NCBI RefSeq assembly: GCF_001194135.2
Contig: NC_068984.1
Location: 60,617,311-60,681,310 of the forward strand
Reading direction: 5' to 3'
Source: Octopus bimaculoides
Taxonomy: Eukaryota
DNA: 64,000 bases
The position numbers were made by a program, and so were the translations under genes. Of this stretch, positions 1 to 12,590 are shown one piece after another; position 1 is the stretch's first letter, and every line of letters starts with the position of its first letter. The notes below the pieces were generated by a model that made no database searches, was not told where the DNA came from, and saw only the letters and a list, made by a program, of their open reading frames with translations.

Positions 1-60
1 ATATATATATATATATATATATATCTGTTTGTATATATGTATCTATGTATAAATGTGTAT

Positions 61-91
<31 letters not shown>

Positions 92-230
92 CATGTACAC
101 ACACAAAACACATATAGACACATATATAGAATATTTTGGTATGTGTGTGTGTTTTGGAAGATTTTATTTGAACTGTCTGCACACATACATATTTGCATAC
201 ATATATGCATGCTTGTGTGCACATGTGTAT

Positions 231-380
231 TTGTATATCCCTATGTATATATAATATTATATATAATATATATACATACATATGTATTAGACACAGATTA
301 TATATTTGTATATCCCTATGTATATATAATATAATATATAAAATATATACATACATATGTATTAGACACAGATTATATAT
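231..380. repeat. Two-copy tandem duplication of a ~75-bp AT-rich unit
   Basis: TTGTATATCCCTATGTATATATAAT...GTATTAGACACAGATTATATAT starts at 231 and again at 306. Confidence 0.85.
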
Positions 381-806
381 ATGTATACATGTATTCATAT
401 TGTATAAGCATATACTATCATATATGTTATACATAGGTTGATGATGATTGTTGTGAGGTTAATGTGCAAAGCTGCACTTCACATATTAAAATCTTGTTGT
501 AAACATTGTGTTCTCCTTGCTGTTATGCTAGGCGGGCACATTGCTTAGCTAGATTCATTTTTCATACTTCAGTGGTTTAATGTTGAGAACGCTATCCATT
601 GATAAACCTATAAGAATGCATGTTTTAACAATTGATAAGTATAAAATTTGAAAGGGGAAATCTATCCCACATATGTAAACATAGAAATGTTAATACTTTA
701 TATGTAATCCATGTTGTCATAATGTGTGAAAGCTCTCATAGTTGTATAAGATGCCCACTTGATGTGTGATGAGTTTAAATCTGAGGTAGAGCTTTGCTGA
801 CAACAA

Positions 807-1038
807 TAGTGGTTCTCAAGCAGGATCTATATGTTGTTGTTAAAATTTATGTGCAATAAACTGGTTTTATTCTAACAATGCACAAAATATTTTAACAATT
901 TTTTAATACAATTACTAATAATATTTAATTATAAGAATATAATAAGATTTAAAAATAATACTGAATGGTGATGAGGATCCATCTCAGTAAAATGGGAATC
1001 AAAGGGATCTGTAGAAAAAATATGGTTGAGAATCACTG
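807..1038. mobile_element. hAT-type MITE; a second copy starts 8 bp downstream at 1047 and is cut by a SINE
   Basis: Termini TAGTGGTTCTCAA / TTGAGAATCACTG; right part matches the reverse complement of the 21024-21380 MITE. Confidence 0.6.
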
Positions 1039-1084
1039 CTCTATAGCAATGGTTCTCAACTGGGGTCCATATGAGATTTTGTTA

Positions 1085-1265
1085 CTATTTTACTCTTTTA
1101 CTTGTTTCAGTCATTTGACTGCGGCCATGCTAGAGCACCGCCTTTAGTCAAGCAAATCGACCCCAGGAATTATTCTTTGTAAGCCTAGTATTTATTCTAT
1201 TGGTTTCTTTTGCTGAACTGCTAAGTTACAGGGACACAAACACACCAACATCGGTTGTCAAGCGA
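1085..1265 (-). mobile_element. SINE family A, 3' half
   Basis: Matches the reverse complement of the full-length copy at 44853-45323. Confidence 0.85.
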
Positions 1266-1281
1266 GAACATATGTGCACTG

Positions 1282-3048
1282 ATTAGGAACAGCATGCCTA
1301 GTTGGAAAACACGTCTTTCTTGTAACAACCAGTGCTGAGCCAAGGTAACAATCAAACGAGGTATTTTCCAAGGAGGCTTTTGTTCACCTCTGTTATTTGT
1401 TATAGCCTGGATCCTATTTTCCGTAGTGCAACGTAAAATCAGCATGCACCATGAGCTGAGAAAGAACGGACCTCATCTCAACCAGCTTCTTTTCATGGAT
1501 GATTTAAAACTGTTCACAAAAATGGATCCTGAAATAGAGAGGCTGGTTGAGACTGTGCAAATGTGCAGCAAGGATATCAGGATGGAATTCGGTATCTCGA
1601 AGTGTGCAGTGCTTACTTTGAAGCAGGAGAAAAGTGTAAATTGTAGGGGCATAGAATTGCCAAACAGAGAAAGAATGGAAGACCCAGATAATGATGGATA
1701 CAAGTACCTTGGGATCATGGATCTGGACAATATCTTGCTCAGAGAAATGAAAGACAAGGTGATCACTGCATATTTCAAGCACCTCAAACTTCTCTTGAAA
1801 TCGAAGTTCAACTCAAAGAATCTTGTGACTGCCACCAACAGGTGTAGTCCGCTATAGTGCACCCATCCTGAGATGGACACAAGTGGAGATTAACCAACTT
1901 AATCACAATACCTGAAAGACAATGACAATGCATGGTGCCTTCCACCCTAAAGCCAATGCACACAGGCTCTACATGAAGAGAGGTAAGGGTGGACAGGAGC
2001 TGATTAGCATAAGGGAGTGCATCAACAGTGAAAGAAGAAACATGGTAGAATATTTGGTAAGCAACAAAGTAAGCCTGCTACAGTGTGCTGCTAGTACAGA
2101 AGGAGTTAACGAAAATGGACATGAGAGTGCTCATGAATTCTGAATAAGAACAGCCAATGAGAGAGAAGAAACCCTACTCCATATGGAATTACATGGTCAG
2201 TTCCACTGTGAAACAAACAAATTAAAAGACCAGGAAGTATCATGGAGGTGGCTCAACAAGGGTGATCTAAAAAGGAATACAGGAAGCCTAATCAGCACGG
2301 CCCACAACCAGGCATTCAATACCAACTTGGTAAAAAAGAATATATGCCACACAAGTGCATCGGACCTCTGCAGAATATGTTGGAAGAGGGTCACAAGTGT
2401 GACTCACATTGTTAGTGCTTGTGAAAGTCTTGCGCAGAAAGAGTACAAGCGTAGACACGACAAAGTAGCCCCAAACCTCCACTGGCTACTATGCCATAAG
2501 TATGGGTATGAGGTTACAGGTGCTTGGTACCAACATACACCAGAAAAAGGTAATGGATGAAAAGGGGAAGGTAAAAATCCTCTGGGACTTTGATTTCCAG
2601 ACAGGTAAAGTGTTAGAGCACCGAAAGCTGTATATAATAACTTTTAAGAGGGACAAATAAGAATGCCTAATAATTGATGCAGCAGTGCCAAGAGATCAAC
2701 ATATCATCATGAAGGAAAGAGAAAAAGATGATTAATATGGAGACCTGAGAATTGAGATCGCTAAGAGGTGGCAGCTACGAGAGTCGAATATAAAGGTTAT
2801 TCCTATTGTCAGCGGAGCATTGGGTTTAATACCACCCAATCTGAAAAAAAAACATCTGTAAACCTTCGAAATATCCAACAATCTAGATGCATTGCAAAAG
2901 TCGGCATTACTTGGAACTGCACGTATATTGCATAAAGTACTGTCTGTCTGAGGTCCTTCTTACGACCTGACAAACAGTACAAACCCCCCGGTAGACCCAA
3001 TATCTTCAAACAACAACCTCACAATATTGTATACTGTACGACGTCTAC

Positions 3049-3086
<38 letters not shown>

Positions 3087-3094
3087 TAATAATA
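1282..3094 (+). mobile_element. 5'-truncated, decayed non-LTR retrotransposon with RT plus restriction-like endonuclease (R4/Dong-type) and (TAA)n tail
   Basis: IKRGIFQG..SPLLF (~1350); LFMDDLKLF (~1490); YKYLG; CCHC knuckle CRIC..VTHIVSAC (~2369-2420); Y.RRHDKVA..LHW; ILWDFDFQT; CLIIDAAVP; YGDLRIEI; IPIVSGALG; LQKSALLGTARILHKVLSV* (stop ~2951); several stops and frameshifts; 3' UTR then (TAA)n from ~3048. Confidence 0.9.
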
Positions 3095-3295
3095 AAACTG
3101 CTCTATTGGGGACAGCTAGGATTGTGAGATTAGTACTTGGGTGTTGAGTGTCTCCCATGATCGGTGTTAACATCCATGTAACAAAGCTTATAATTTTCTG
3201 AAAGAGACGCTGTGAGATCTCTGACAACAGGTTGCTGTTTGCTCTCACAAAATAAACCAGAGCAAACAAGACAGAGCTCTGAGAAATAAAATAAA

Positions 3296-3348
<53 letters not shown>

Positions 3349-3361
3349 CAACAATAACAAT
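3095..3361 (+). mobile_element. 3' end of a second, different R4/Dong-type LINE
   Basis: KTALLGTARIVRLVLGC* (3095-3147), unrelated 3' UTR, own (TAA)n tail ~3295-3361. Confidence 0.7.
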
Positions 3362-3529
3362 AAGGTTAACTTTACATCTCAACTGTCCTTTCTGCATTAA
3401 TAAAGTAAGTACCGGTTGAGCACTAGGGTTGATGTAATTGACTAGCCCACTCCTTCAAAGTTTCAGGCCTTGTGCTTCTGGTAGAAAGAATATTACATAA
3501 GAGTTCTTTCTATACAAAAGAAAATCCCT

Positions 3530-3822
3530 GTATCTACCAAACTATTGGATGTTGTTGTACATCCCTGGTCACAATGCACTTCCTCATATTGTTGTAGCTT
3601 TCAAATGATGCCACCCTCACTTACTAGGCAGTCAGGTCAACATTCTTTCTGAACAAGACACCAGTTCATTGCTGGGTTACTCATTTACAGCTGAATGAAC
3701 TAGTAGAGCAAAGTGAAATGAAGTTTTTTGCACAAGAATACAATACACTGCTGCTCTGGAAATTGAAACCACGATCTTGTGGTTGTGAGTGCAACACCTT
3801 AACCACTAGGCCACATGCCTTC
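3530..3822 (-). mobile_element. tRNA-derived SINE, diverged
   Basis: Minus-strand head with A-box TGGCCTAGTGG and B-box-like GGTTTCAATTTCC. Confidence 0.6.
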
Positions 3823-4254
3823 AATAGAAAATACAAAATCAAACACAAAAGAAAATATAAAAGTCAAAACAGAAACTACAAAAAATCAAAATAAAACACT
3901 TTACATAACCTAAGATTCTCTGAGCTTTGTTTGGTTGTGTAGTGGAAGCACTCAACAAAAATAACATTTACAAAAGATTTTTGTATTAATAGATATAAAT
4001 CCTGTATAAACACTTGTTTATTTCATATTGCAATTGTTAAACAATTTTCAGTTGGTCAGTCACTACTTCACTATATTTTTTATGGTAGATGTGACAAGTG
4101 ATTCTTTGTGAAATTCAGTGGAACAAATCCTACATGAGGTATTTTTATTTGGAAGTACTCATTTATGTGTTTAACATGCTGCATACCAAATTTAGGTTTC
4201 CTTGCCAATGTTTACACATTCTTTTCTGATTTACCTCGATGAAATCACATGCAG

Positions 4255-4255
4255 A

Positions 4256-4294
<39 letters not shown>

Positions 4295-4410
4295 TGTTTT
4301 TGCTGTTGTCATTATCATCATCGTTGTCGTCATCATCATCGTTGTCGTCATCATCATCGTTGTCGTCATCATCATCGTTGTCGTCATCATCTTCACTACT
4401 ATCATCATCA
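4255..4410. repeat. (CAT)n microsatellite grading into a 15-bp higher-order unit CATCATCATCGTTGT
   Basis: Read directly from sequence. Confidence 0.9.
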
Positions 4411-4459
4411 CTTTACCTCTACTTTACATTTCATGAAAGTCAGTTCTTATTCAGAAGTG

Positions 4460-4770
4460 AAGGTACATGGCTCAGTGGTTAGAGTGTCAGGCTCACAATC
4501 ATGAGGTAGTAAGTTTGATTCCTGGACCGGGCTGTGTGTTGTGTTCTTGAGCAAGACACATTATTTTTCATGTTGCTCCAGTTTAGTCATCTGTAGAAAT
4601 GAGTTGCAATGTCACTGGTGCCAAGCTTTATCGGCCTTTGCCTTTCCCTTGAATAACATCAGTTGCATGGAGAGGGAAGCCTGGTATGCATGGGCAACTG
4701 CTGGTCTTCCATAGACAGCCTTGCCCAGACCTGTGCTTTGGAGGGAAGCTTTCTAGAGGGTCTTTACACT
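4460..4770 (+). mobile_element. tRNA-derived SINE family D with CORE-like central segment
   Basis: A-box TGGCTCAGTGG, B-box-like AGTTTGATTCC, TGTTCTTGAGCAAGACAC segment; homologous to 12290-12590 and 52851-53190. Confidence 0.8.
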
Positions 4771-5821
4771 TTACCCTTTACCCACCCAGAAGTACTACCT
4801 TCTTCCTTCCCAGAGAGTTTGAGTGATTATGTCTCATTTGTACATTATATTTTTGATGTGGTTTCTACAGCTTGATGTTTTCCCAAACACCAACCACTTT
4901 ACAGTGTATTGGGGATATTGTATTGAGGCAATGGAAATAGAGAGATTGCCTTGTTTTAGATAGAACATAACTAAAGGGTCCTCTTAACCCTACATAGCCT
5001 TTTCTCATTCTTCAACTACTGTTCAGAGTGTACTGGATGAATTTTATCATGGCGCCAGCATGAGTGAGGCTACCTTGTGCTCTGCAAGACAAAAGAAACC
5101 TCCTTACTGTATGTTGCCTTTATTCATTCAAGGTTACATGATAAATAGAATAGGTAGATGTTATGTCTCAAGCTACTGCTATCTAGCACCTTCCAATGAT
5201 CTCTACTCAACTGCTACACAACTGCTACTCAATACACCTACCACAGCCATACTACTTCTATTTATATGTCTTGGGAGATCCTACTTCTTCGCCTGGGGGT
5301 GTTGACACGACAGTAGAGAAACTGCAGAAGGGAGAGTGAGAAAGGAGGGTGAATTTGGTGAAAGAAACAAGGAGATTAGGATGACAGTATAGATGGGAGT
5401 GCGGAGAAGGAATGCTAGATCAAGTAATAGAAAAGATACACTTATGGCAAATAGCAGTGAAAGAAGCACTAGCAGCTGCTACATGTTGCTGGTAAGAAAG
5501 AATTCGAATGATGGATAATAGTAGAAATAGTTGGTGGTAAGAGTGAGTGATGAGTGTCAGTAACAAGTCATATATATATAGAGAGAGAGAGAGAGTGTGT
5601 GTGTGTGGTGGTTAGTATATAAAAATAGTGTTAGCTTGAACAGGAGAGAGTGTGGGAGAGAGAGTAATGAACAGTTGAGATGGCATTAGTAGAGAGTGAT
5701 GGATGTTGACTAAAAAGTAACCGACCTTTAGTTAGCATTTCAAAATAATATGCACGCACACACACACACACACACACACTTTATTTTTGTTTTCTTTTAT
5801 CTTACATATATATATTCATTT

Positions 5822-6200
5822 ATTCTTTTCTATTACTTGTTTCAGTCATTGTCTGTGGCCATGCTAGAGCACCACCTTTAGTCGAACAAATCGACCCCAG
5901 GACTTATTCTTTGTAAGCCTAGTACTTATTCTATCAGTCTCTTTCGCCAAACCGTTAAGTTATGGGGACGTAAACACACCAGCATCGGTTGTCAAGCGAT
6001 GGTGGTGGGGACAGACACAGACATACAAACATACACACACATACATACATGTATATATATATATGTATATGACAGGTTTCTTTCCCTTTCCATCTTCCAA
6101 ATCCACTCACAAGGCTTTGGCTGGCCTGAGGCTATAGTAGAAGACACTTGCCCAAGATGCCACACAGTGGGACTGAACCGGGAACCATGTGGTTGGGAAG
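5822..6200 (-). mobile_element. SINE family A, runs into gap
   Basis: Matches the reverse complement of 44853-45323, with internal (CA)n. Confidence 0.85.
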
Positions 6201-7140
6201 NNNNNNNNNNNNNNNNNNNNNNNNNNNNNNNNNNNNNNNNNNNNNNNNNNNNNNNNNNNNNNNNNNNNNNNNNNNNNNNNNNNNNNNNNNNNNNNNNNNN
6301 NNNNNNNNNNNNNNNNNNNNNNNNNNNNNNNNNNNNNNNNNNNNNNNNNNNNNNNNNNNNNNNNNNNNNNNNNNNNNNNNNNNNNNNNNNNNNNNNNNNN
6401 NNNNNNNNNNNNNNNNNNNNNNNNNNNNNNNNNNNNNNNNNNNNNNNNNNNNNNNNNNNNNNNNNNNNNNNNNNNNNNNNNNNNNNNNNNNNNNNNNNNN
6501 NNNNNNNNNNNNNNNNNNNNNNNNNNNNNNNNNNNNNNNNNNNNNNNNNNNNNNNNNNNNNNNNNNNNNNNNNNNNNNNNNNNNNNNNNNNNNNNNNNNN
6601 NNNNNNNNNNNNNNNNNNNNNNNNNNNNNNNNNNNNNNNNNNNNNNNNNNNNNNNNNNNNNNNNNNNNNNNNNNNNNNNNNNNNNNNNNNNNNNNNNNNN
6701 NNNNNNNNNNNNNNNNNNNNNNNNNNNNNNNNNNNNNNNNNNNNNNNNNNNNNNNNNNNNNNNNNNNNNNNNNNNNNNNNNNNNNNNNNNNNNNNNNNNN
6801 NNNNNNNNNNNNNNNNNNNNNNNNNNNNNNNNNNNNNNNNNNNNNNNNNNNNNNNNNNNNNNNNNNNNNNNNNNNNNNNNNNNNNNNNNNNNNNNNNNNN
6901 NNNNNNNNNNNNNNNNNNNNNNNNNNNNNNNNNNNNNNNNNNNNNNNNNNNNNNNNNNNNNNNNNNNNNNNNNNNNNNNNNNNNNNNNNNNNNNNNNNNN
7001 NNNNNNNNNNNNNNNNNNNNNNNNNNNNNNNNNNNNNNNNNNNNNNNNNNNNNNNNNNNNNNNNNNNNNNNNNNNNNNNNNNNNNNNNNNNNNNNNNNNN
7101 NNNNNNNNNNNNNNNNNNNNNNNNNNNNNNNNNNNNNNNN
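6201..7140. other. Assembly gap (others at 7979-8809, 18207-19009, 28492-28630, 32169-32296, 33131-33304, 36769-37765, 44100-44121, 58957-59042, 63420-63840)
   Basis: N runs, mostly flanked by (TA)n or repeats. Confidence 1.
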
Positions 7141-7159
7141 NATCAACATCATCTAGGTA

Positions 7160-7605
7160 TTTGTGCATATGTGTGTGTGTGCAGTATTTGGTGTTAGTGT
7201 ATGCGCAGATTTGTATGTTTGTTTTATGGATGCATTTTAGATGCATGCATATGTATTTATGTGCTAAATTTTTGGAAAGTTTTACATATCTATGTATGTA
7301 TGTATGTATGTATGTATGTATGTATGCATGTGCAGATTTGTATGTGTTATGTATGCATTCTCACGCATATAGTTACATATCTAGACATGCTCATATATAT
7401 TTAAATGATAAACTTCTGGAAAGTTTTACAGCTTTTACAGTTCTAGTGATGGACTGGATCTGTAGTCTTCGAATTAGCTTTCTCCTTTCTTGTTTTGAGA
7501 AGCCTAATTTCTCAAGATTAGTATTTAGGCAGTGTGTTACATATCCCAGGGCCCCAATAATTACAGGTATAAACCTGCACTTGTAATATGAATAGAGTAA
7601 CTGTA
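7160..7605 (-). mobile_element. 3' fragment of a third RLE-type LINE family
   Basis: FIPVIIGALGYVTHCLNTNLEKLGFS..LQIQSIT; same family and 3' UTR as 24545-25120. Confidence 0.75.
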
Positions 7606-8809
7606 TGTATGTATAACCCTTTATTCTGAAGCTTATGTACCGATGTATATTGAGCATTAACAAAAAGATGTTAGTACACCTAAATGGATTCATTATATAC
7701 ATGTATGTATGTACATATTAGATGAGAAGCCATAGTGTTACTCAAGAGCCTAGAGTTTTATCAAAATGCAGTTGACAACAGCATTTTGGTGATGGGTTTT
7801 CATACAGTTTGCATCAACTAAATTATTCATAGAGCATTATTTGGCTCAGAGCTACACTATAAGATACTTGCTCAATGTTCCACACAGTAGGACTGAATCC
7901 CAAAATCATATGGTTGAAAAGCAAACTTCTTAACCACAGAACTATGCCTGCAATAGATAATCCAATGATATATATATANNNNNNNNNNNNNNNNNNNNNN
8001 NNNNNNNNNNNNNNNNNNNNNNNNNNNNNNNNNNNNNNNNNNNNNNNNNNNNNNNNNNNNNNNNNNNNNNNNNNNNNNNNNNNNNNNNNNNNNNNNNNNN
8101 NNNNNNNNNNNNNNNNNNNNNNNNNNNNNNNNNNNNNNNNNNNNNNNNNNNNNNNNNNNNNNNNNNNNNNNNNNNNNNNNNNNNNNNNNNNNNNNNNNNN
8201 NNNNNNNNNNNNNNNNNNNNNNNNNNNNNNNNNNNNNNNNNNNNNNNNNNNNNNNNNNNNNNNNNNNNNNNNNNNNNNNNNNNNNNNNNNNNNNNNNNNN
8301 NNNNNNNNNNNNNNNNNNNNNNNNNNNNNNNNNNNNNNNNNNNNNNNNNNNNNNNNNNNNNNNNNNNNNNNNNNNNNNNNNNNNNNNNNNNNNNNNNNNN
8401 NNNNNNNNNNNNNNNNNNNNNNNNNNNNNNNNNNNNNNNNNNNNNNNNNNNNNNNNNNNNNNNNNNNNNNNNNNNNNNNNNNNNNNNNNNNNNNNNNNNN
8501 NNNNNNNNNNNNNNNNNNNNNNNNNNNNNNNNNNNNNNNNNNNNNNNNNNNNNNNNNNNNNNNNNNNNNNNNNNNNNNNNNNNNNNNNNNNNNNNNNNNN
8601 NNNNNNNNNNNNNNNNNNNNNNNNNNNNNNNNNNNNNNNNNNNNNNNNNNNNNNNNNNNNNNNNNNNNNNNNNNNNNNNNNNNNNNNNNNNNNNNNNNNN
8701 NNNNNNNNNNNNNNNNNNNNNNNNNNNNNNNNNNNNNNNNNNNNNNNNNNNNNNNNNNNNNNNNNNNNNNNNNNNNNNNNNNNNNNNNNNNNNNNNNNNN
8801 NNNNNNNNN

Positions 8810-9040
8810 CCGCTTTCCATGCTAGCATGGGTTGGACGATTTGACTGAGGACTGGTGAAACCAGATGGCTACACCAGGCTCCAATCTGATTTGGCAGAGT
8901 TTCTACAGCTGGATGCCCTTCCTAACGCCAACCACTCAGAGAGTGTAGTGGGTGCTTTTATGTGTCACCCGCACGAAGGCCAGTCAGGCAGTACTGGCAA
9001 CGGCCACGCTCAAAATGGTGCATTTCATGTGCCACCCGCA
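8810..9040 (-). mobile_element. 3' UTR fragment of RTE-type LINE family 1
   Basis: Matches the 3' UTR of the RT-bearing copy at 57163-58626. Confidence 0.8.
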
Positions 9041-9604
9041 CAAAAAAAAAAAAAAAAAAAAAATATATATATGTATATATATATATTTGTTTCTTATATC
9101 TTCTGATGTTTACATGAACCATAATATCTTAGTCTTTATCTAGGGTTTTCTCACACTATGAGACACAAAGCAGCCAACTTCTACCAATGTGATCAATCAA
9201 CAAAATGTGTAAGTGTGAAAAACATATTCAAAAGATGCTGGTGGTGATTTGAGTCAATAAAAATTATTTTGTAAAATTCATGAGTGTGGATAATTTCGTA
9301 TGAATTTTTGGTTTCACAGAGATGAAAATTATTTTATCTCTCTTTCAAATGAAAAGTCTGTTCCGAAATGTCAGATTCTTCTTCACCCTATGGCGTTATA
9401 AACTAATCCAAACTGATGACTTTCACTGTAAGAGAGTAAATTTAAAAACATTTTAGATTTCTTGAGATGACACTTGCAATTGTGCTTAAATATCCCAAGG
9501 AATAGTTGTTATATTACCTCCAGGAATACTTAATGCAGGTGGAGAGATGTTCCTAAAATGTAATTTTTAACAATAGTTTCATTCTAGGAACAAAGAATTC
9601 ATTT

Positions 9605-9638
<34 letters not shown>

Positions 9639-11141
9639 GTGGGTGTGAGTACATATATATAACACACAAACGTATACGTATATATAACACACACACATAT
9701 ACTTGTATATGTGTATATATATACACATATACAAGTATATGTGTGTGTGAACTTGTGAGTCTTTGTTTGTGTGTCTATGTGTGTGTCTCTGTGTTAGTTT
9801 TTCAACACCACTTAACATCCAGTGTTGGTTTGTTTACATACACATAACTTACTAGTTCAGCCAAAAGTGGCCTATAAAACATGTATCTGGCTTAGAGAAG
9901 TACTGGGGTTGATTTGTTCAGCTAAACCCTATCAAGGCAGTGCCCCAGCATTGCCACACTCTACTGACTGAAACTAGTAAAAGATATCAGTTATATACAT
10001 ACATACACATATATACATATAGATATGCATACATGTGCACATGCACACACACACACACACAAACACAAACACACATACAGATAGATAGAGAGATAGATAG
10101 ATATAACATGTACTAAAGAGTAAGTCAATGCATCAATCTGTGATATTAGGACAATGTGAGAAATTGTTATTTATATAATAATGTAATTGCTATTCACCAA
10201 TGGTAGTCCAGTCTTGAACGAGAGTATTAGAAGCTACTCTGTCCACTGAACTGTATTGTAACAATGTATGTATGCCTTATCAGAAAAATTGAATGACTTT
10301 TGTTTTAATTCTTCAGCTTCCAAAATAAGTCAGCTTGTTGGTTCTTCATTTTTAGTAATGCACGGTAAGCTATTTTGAACATCAAAGGTTATATAGAAAC
10401 AGTGCCAAATAATGCAGTTTTTATTGCAACCCATCACCTGCTTCTAATTCTTTCTTTTTCTTCTTTTCCTCTTCTTTCTCATTTTCTGCAAGGTCAGTAA
10501 TTTTCAGCTAAGTATATCTTGTCCATTTCTCTACCTATATATCATTGCAACAGTTTCAGAATCTATAGAATTCAAAAGTGTCTGTCTCTCTGTCTCTCTC
10601 TTCTTTTGACTAAAATAATAGTCTATCTCCTTGCAGTTGTTCCATACATAATAGCCATATAAATGAAATGTTGGTTCTGTTGCAGTTAAAAGGCCAGCAG
10701 TATAATGGATTACATTTGTCGCTGAGTGAAACTCTAATAATCGGGTTGCGGCATTAAGCAGCAACCATTAACCAAATAAAATCATGATTCAGCTCTCTGC
10801 TTATCTAATTAAAAGCTGTCAAAGTGTCTCCTGTTTCAGTTTGTAATTTTTCTCTTGGCAGGAAATGCCGATCGAATTCAAGAGAAATAACAGATTTCTT
10901 GCAGTCATTACAAACACCTCAATCAGACACTTGTTCAAATCAAATGGATCAGCTTTTATTTATTTATTTATTTTTATATTTTTTTATCTTACCATTTCAC
11001 ACTGCTTGTTCTTCATCTTTCTTTTTTTTTTTGTCTTGGCATTCTTGTCTCCTTCATCTTTGTCGCTTTCTTTCACCCATGTTTTACAACCTTCTTATTC
11101 CTCTTTACTTACTTCTTGTCATTGTCATTTTTTTTCTGTTT

Positions 11142-11208
11142 TCTTCTTCTTCTTCTTCTTCTTCTTCTTCTTCTTCTTCTTCTTCTTCTTCTTCTTCTTC
11201 TTCTTCTT
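11142..11208. repeat. (TTC)n microsatellite
   Basis: Read directly from sequence. Confidence 0.95.
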
Positions 11209-11828
11209 CCATTATTCTCTCCATTCCCTTACTCCCCTCCTCCTCCTCCTGCTCTTTCTCTCCCCCTCTTGGTCCTTTGGCTTCTTCCACATCATTATTG
11301 ATTTATCACATTGACTTAAGATCGAAAATGTGTTAGAGAAGAGGAATATAGCTGATTAAACTAAACTCCAGTGCATGAGTGCATCACAGATACTTATTTT
11401 ATCAACTTCTCAAGGGACAAAAGGCTGAGATACTCCTCCGACCACCACCACCACCACCACTAATTCCTGAAACATGATAGAATGGTACTCAACCATTTCT
11501 GCTTCTCTTCTATGTCAGGTTTGTTGTTATTTAGCCATCAGTTAACCCTGAATGAGCAGACATATAACCAACCAATGGTGCTTAATCCAAGACTGTATTG
11601 TCTTTTCTTGAGACATATGGTCTGTTTGAAAGATTACATTATCCAGTCAGTGTTTTCTCTCTGTTTTAAAATAGTAGGGTGCAATTTGAGAAGGATTTGG
11701 CTGCTATTTCTAGTATGGTGAACAGAAGCACCCTCATTAGTTTGTAAACTCAGTTTTAGGTTGTTACCTTTAGAATAAGTATAATAGAAATAATAATTCC
11801 TTACAGAAATACAAGGCCAAACATTTAA

Positions 11829-12049
11829 CCATTTAGCATTCAGATAATTCTTTCAAATGCAATGCTTATTTATTCACATTGTTTTGAATTAATCATGCAT
11901 TATCTTGTAGCTTTTGAAATTTTGATGAGCTAATTGTTAATTTTTACAATGATATTGTAGGGTTGGTGTGAGAGGCTGGTTCTGGCCAGTTTGAACATAA
12001 AACTGGTAGAATATTTTGGCTGGATATGACTGGTTTAAATGCTAAAGGT
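11829..12049. mobile_element. piggyBac-type MITE
   Basis: TTAA on both sides (11825-11828, 12050-12053); termini CCATTTAGCATT / AATGCTAAAGGT; partial inverted copy at 47738-47903. Confidence 0.75.
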
Positions 12050-12289
12050 TTAATGATTGGGAGAGGCTAATCAAATCTATTATACTGGCTCATTCTTTGA
12101 TTGTTATCTTTTATGCTGTACTTGTCTTAGTTACTGGATTGTGGCCATACTGGAGCACTGCTTTAAAGGGTTTAGTTATTTTTTTAAAGTCTACTGTTAA
12201 TGGTATTGGCCTCTTTTGCCAAAGTGTTTAGTTACAAGGACATAAACAAACCAACACTTGCTGTCAAGTAGTAGTGGGATACAAACACA

Positions 12290-12590
12290 GTGGACACCTT
12301 TTGCACCTAGAAAATTTCCCTCTGAGGCACAAGTCTGAGCAAGGTTGTTTATGGATGACTAGCAGTTGCCCATGCATACCAGCCTCCCCTCTCCATGCCA
12401 CAGATGTTATCCAAGGACAATACAGCTTGACACCAGTGACATTGCAACTCATTTCTACAGCTGAGTGAACTGAAACAACGTGAAACAAAGTGTTTTACTC
12501 AAGAACACAACACACAGCCTGGTCTGGGAATCAAACTCACTACCTCATGATGGTGAGCCTGACACTCTAACCACTGAACCATGCACCAAG
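12290..12590 (-). mobile_element. SINE family D
   Basis: Reverse complement of 4460-4770 and 52851-53190. Confidence 0.8.

Noticed and set aside
53-441. ORFs rich in CV/HT/YI/SL/ER runs here and across the track (e.g. 4163-4504, 10824-11336, 32312-32761, 38440-38944, 54099-54631, 56604-57005)
   Set aside because: They are translations of di-, tri- and tetranucleotide microsatellites or the 19-bp minisatellite
4880-5520. Faint RT-like motif (LYVAFI) and purine-rich tracts; similar blocks at 41950-42620 and 47900-48250
   Set aside because: Probably very old LINE debris, but too decayed to support a family call or boundaries
5992-7586. Long ORFs of 290-465 aa here and at 7872-8828, 17972-19145, 36750-37859, 63291-63907
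   Set aside because: Open only because they span N gaps
9144-9208. Plus-strand 65-nt cassette with AG acceptor and GTAAGT donor (FSHTMRHKAANFYQCDQSTKC)
   Set aside because: Its only open frame ends in phase 0, incompatible with the next cassette at 10317, whose phase-0 frame has a stop; no recognisable homology
10531-10764. Protein-looking minus ORF (..HLYGYYVWNNCKEIDYYF..) and nearby acidic/basic 48-nt cassette ENEKEEEKKKKKELEA
   Set aside because: Weak splice signals, no family recognised, cannot be chained in frame with confidence
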